This document shows, piece after piece, positions 61,690 through 64,000 of a DNA stretch of 64,000 bases. The notes under the pieces were generated by a model, which did not search any database, was not told where the DNA came from, and was given only the letters and a program-made list of their open reading frames with translations. The position numbers and the translations under genes are program-made. Origin of the DNA: Octopus sinensis (lineage: Eukaryota); contig NC_042998.1 in assembly GCF_006345805.1 (NCBI RefSeq), positions 161,572,001 through 161,636,000 of the forward strand, written 5' to 3'. The stretch's first letter is position 1. Each line of letters opens with the position of its first letter.

Positions 61690-62277
61690 TTAACCCTTTA
61701 GCATTGAAACCAGCCAAAATATTCTACCTATTTTATGCTCAAAATGACTACATCTAGCCTCTCACACATACCCTACAAAGCCATCTAAAAATAAACAATC
61801 ACATCATCATAATTTTGAAGCTATGTGATAATGCATGATGAAATCAGAACAATGTGAATAAATAAGTGTAGTGACGCCAGGTTTCAGACACCATTTTGGG
61901 ATTTTCATCTGTGCATGCACAAGTAACAGTCTTCCGGAAGGCCTGCTGGAAGTCCCTCATGTGCATGCACAGTCATCAGCAGCAGCTAGGCTTGACCGCT
62001 ATTCTCTCTCTTCAGCCCCAGCTTCCAACCAGACAGGACACGACTGAGACCAGCTCCATGGAGCTGGCATTTTGACGGCAAACGACGTTGCGAGTCTGTG
62101 AAAATGCCTTCGTAGTTTGAGTCTAACTACTAACCCTGCTACTTCCACCCCGGCGTCCATGTTATGGATGTCCAGAGATGAAATGCTTATTTTGGCAAAA
62201 TAAATCATTATTGTTTTGTGCACAAAAATCCTATATAAGCATTACATTTGACAGTAATCTAAATGTCAGAGGGTTAA
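61690..62277. mobile_element. piggyBac-type MITE (TTAA|CCC...GGG|TTAA) interrupted by a solo LTR
   Basis: TTAA at 61690-61693 and 62274-62277; ends ccctttagcatt / aatgtcagaggg; body matches 32567-32757. Confidence 0.8.
61867..62235 (+). mobile_element. Probable solo LTR (about 369 bp)
   Basis: Starts TGTAG and ends CTATA (CTACA with one change); (a)taag duplicated at both junctions; aataaa near the 3' end; GC-richer than its flanks. Confidence 0.7.
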
Positions 62278-62989
62278 GCTTTCTTCTTGAGGATTCATTT
62301 TGATTATTTTCTTTTTTATTTTATGACAAAGTTAATTTTATTAATTTCCAAGTGAGGAAATTTGGATTTTGCAGGCTTGTGGTTTTGTTGTAACGGTATC
62401 TTGATTGATGATGAGTCACCGAAGCAGTAATCTGACGGATTAACAAAAAAGTCAATGACAATCAGTTTGTAAAAGTAAATATCAAGAGATATAGCTTGAT
62501 CATGGCAATGAGTAAGATATAAATAGATGCTGGCATGGATGTGATGGTTAGAACTTTGCTTTCCAGTCGTGTGGTTTTTGGGTTCAGTCCCACTGCAAAG
62601 CATCTTGGGCCAGTGTTTTCTACTATAACCCAGGCCTGACCAAAACTGTGAGTGTATGTAGTAGGCAAGAACTGAAATGCATACACACAAAACATATACA
62701 TATATACACAAACAACATATACATACATACACAAACACATACTTCAAACTGCCAGTCAAACACCTTTCTACTGACCATTCCTCTATGCACACGTGAAGAG
62801 ACAAACAACTAGACAATGGACCACCACTTATATTAACATGCTGCTGAATTATTCCTACAACATTAAGAGACACAAAATTCATTCATACACACACATGTAA
62901 ACAGCCAACACCACACACCAATACACACACACACACACATACACACAGACTTGTGCGTATGCACATATCCACACATATGCACAGATACC

Positions 62990-63275
62990 TTCTTCTCTTA
63001 CAGTCTCCTGTCTTAGAAAGAGCTTTTTCTTCACCCATTCCCTTCCAGTCATTTCAAAATGTAACCACATGTAGATCGTTGACGATTCTTTTCCTCCGTC
63101 TTCCTTTTCTCTTGGATCTTCCTCTGTCTCCTATTCCTGACGAAGAGCTTTGCTCGAAATGTAAAACTACCTTTCTTTCCTTTCCTGGGCATCTGCTAAT
63201 ACTTTGCATGTATCACATCCTCATGTTGTTTTTTCTTGTGTTTGTTCTTCATTTTTGGGGGGATTTACCATATAT
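62990..63275 (+). mobile_element. Penelope-like-associated remnant with hammerhead core
   Basis: CTGACGA(63137-63143)-A-GAGC-ttt-GCTC-GAAA(63156-63159)-tgt-a; stem I does not pair well. Pyrimidine-rich flanks, TA-rich end. Confidence 0.55.
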
Positions 63276-64000
63276 ATGTATTGTGTATGTGTCTGTCTCC
63301 TTCAGACATTGTACTATAGTTGTAAATAAGTGTCACCAACTTACAAAAAGTGTCCTTCATTTTCAATCTTCCACAGTAACATGTCTAGCCACAGAGAAAT
63401 AGTACTTTGCTTTGAAACAGATGAGGATTGAGGACAAGAAGAATATATGGCTGTAGAAAATTCTGGTAAATTTCATCTGAGCCATGCTAGCATGTAAAGT
63501 AAATGTTAAAACGATGACAATGCTGGTGATAATATAAACATACTTTCTGTTTATATAATAATTTGTAACTTCTGTGGTTGCCCCTACATATAAGTGTTCT
63601 ATTAAATAGTTTGCTCTGGTGAAAAACATTTACTTTTGATGTAGAGACCAGTTGACAGCTTGTGGTATCGAGATTAGTTTCTCCACCTTGGTGATATTTT
63701 TTCTTTATCTGCACACTCACTGTTAGGGAAATACTTTAATAACTTGATTCATGGTAAGTTCCAATGCTGTAAAGGTTAATGGTCATGCCAACATTTCTTG
63801 CATTCATGATAATATTACTGTAACCATTATGAAAATTCATTTCCTTTTTTTGCTAAAACTTCATGCCATAACAAATTACAGTTTCAAACTTCACCTGCCC
63901 AACGGCCAATTCATTAAAAAAGATCATCTTCTTCTTCCAAGAAAACTTCTGAAATATTTTAGCATTTGTATCTTTTAAACTGCTTTATAAATAATAATAA

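Overview
AT-rich, repeat-saturated eukaryotic genomic DNA. The repeat families look like those I recall from Octopus (cephalopod) genomes; this is recognition from memory, not a database result. I could not support any intact host protein-coding gene. Almost all entries in the ORF track are translations of microsatellites or antisense repeat fragments. The window is a mosaic of: several tRNA-derived SINE families (dozens of copies); RTE-clade LINE 3' ends, including a 1.6-kb copy with the end of the RT ORF (26338-27932); a full-length decayed mariner with TIRs and TA TSD (21227-22473); a partial maT/DD37D-like transposase; TTAA (piggyBac-type) MITEs, one holding a solo LTR; foldback and MITE elements; and many microsatellites. 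Four things stand out. (1) A tRNA-headed, (AAT)n-linked element with a hammerhead-ribozyme tail, an inverted second hammerhead copy and a 13-bp TSD (50801-51283). (2) A near-perfect 168-bp palindrome made of two head-to-head minimal type-I hammerhead motifs (59833-60000). Further hammerhead-like remnants elsewhere point to non-autonomous Penelope-like/retrozyme-like families. (3) A Gypsy-type gag-protease remnant bounded by INVERTED LTR starts and a 5-bp TSD (5182-6346). (4) An apparently identical 620-bp tandem trimer delimited by (AAT)n (2111-4000). Most repeat boundaries were read by eye and are approximate.
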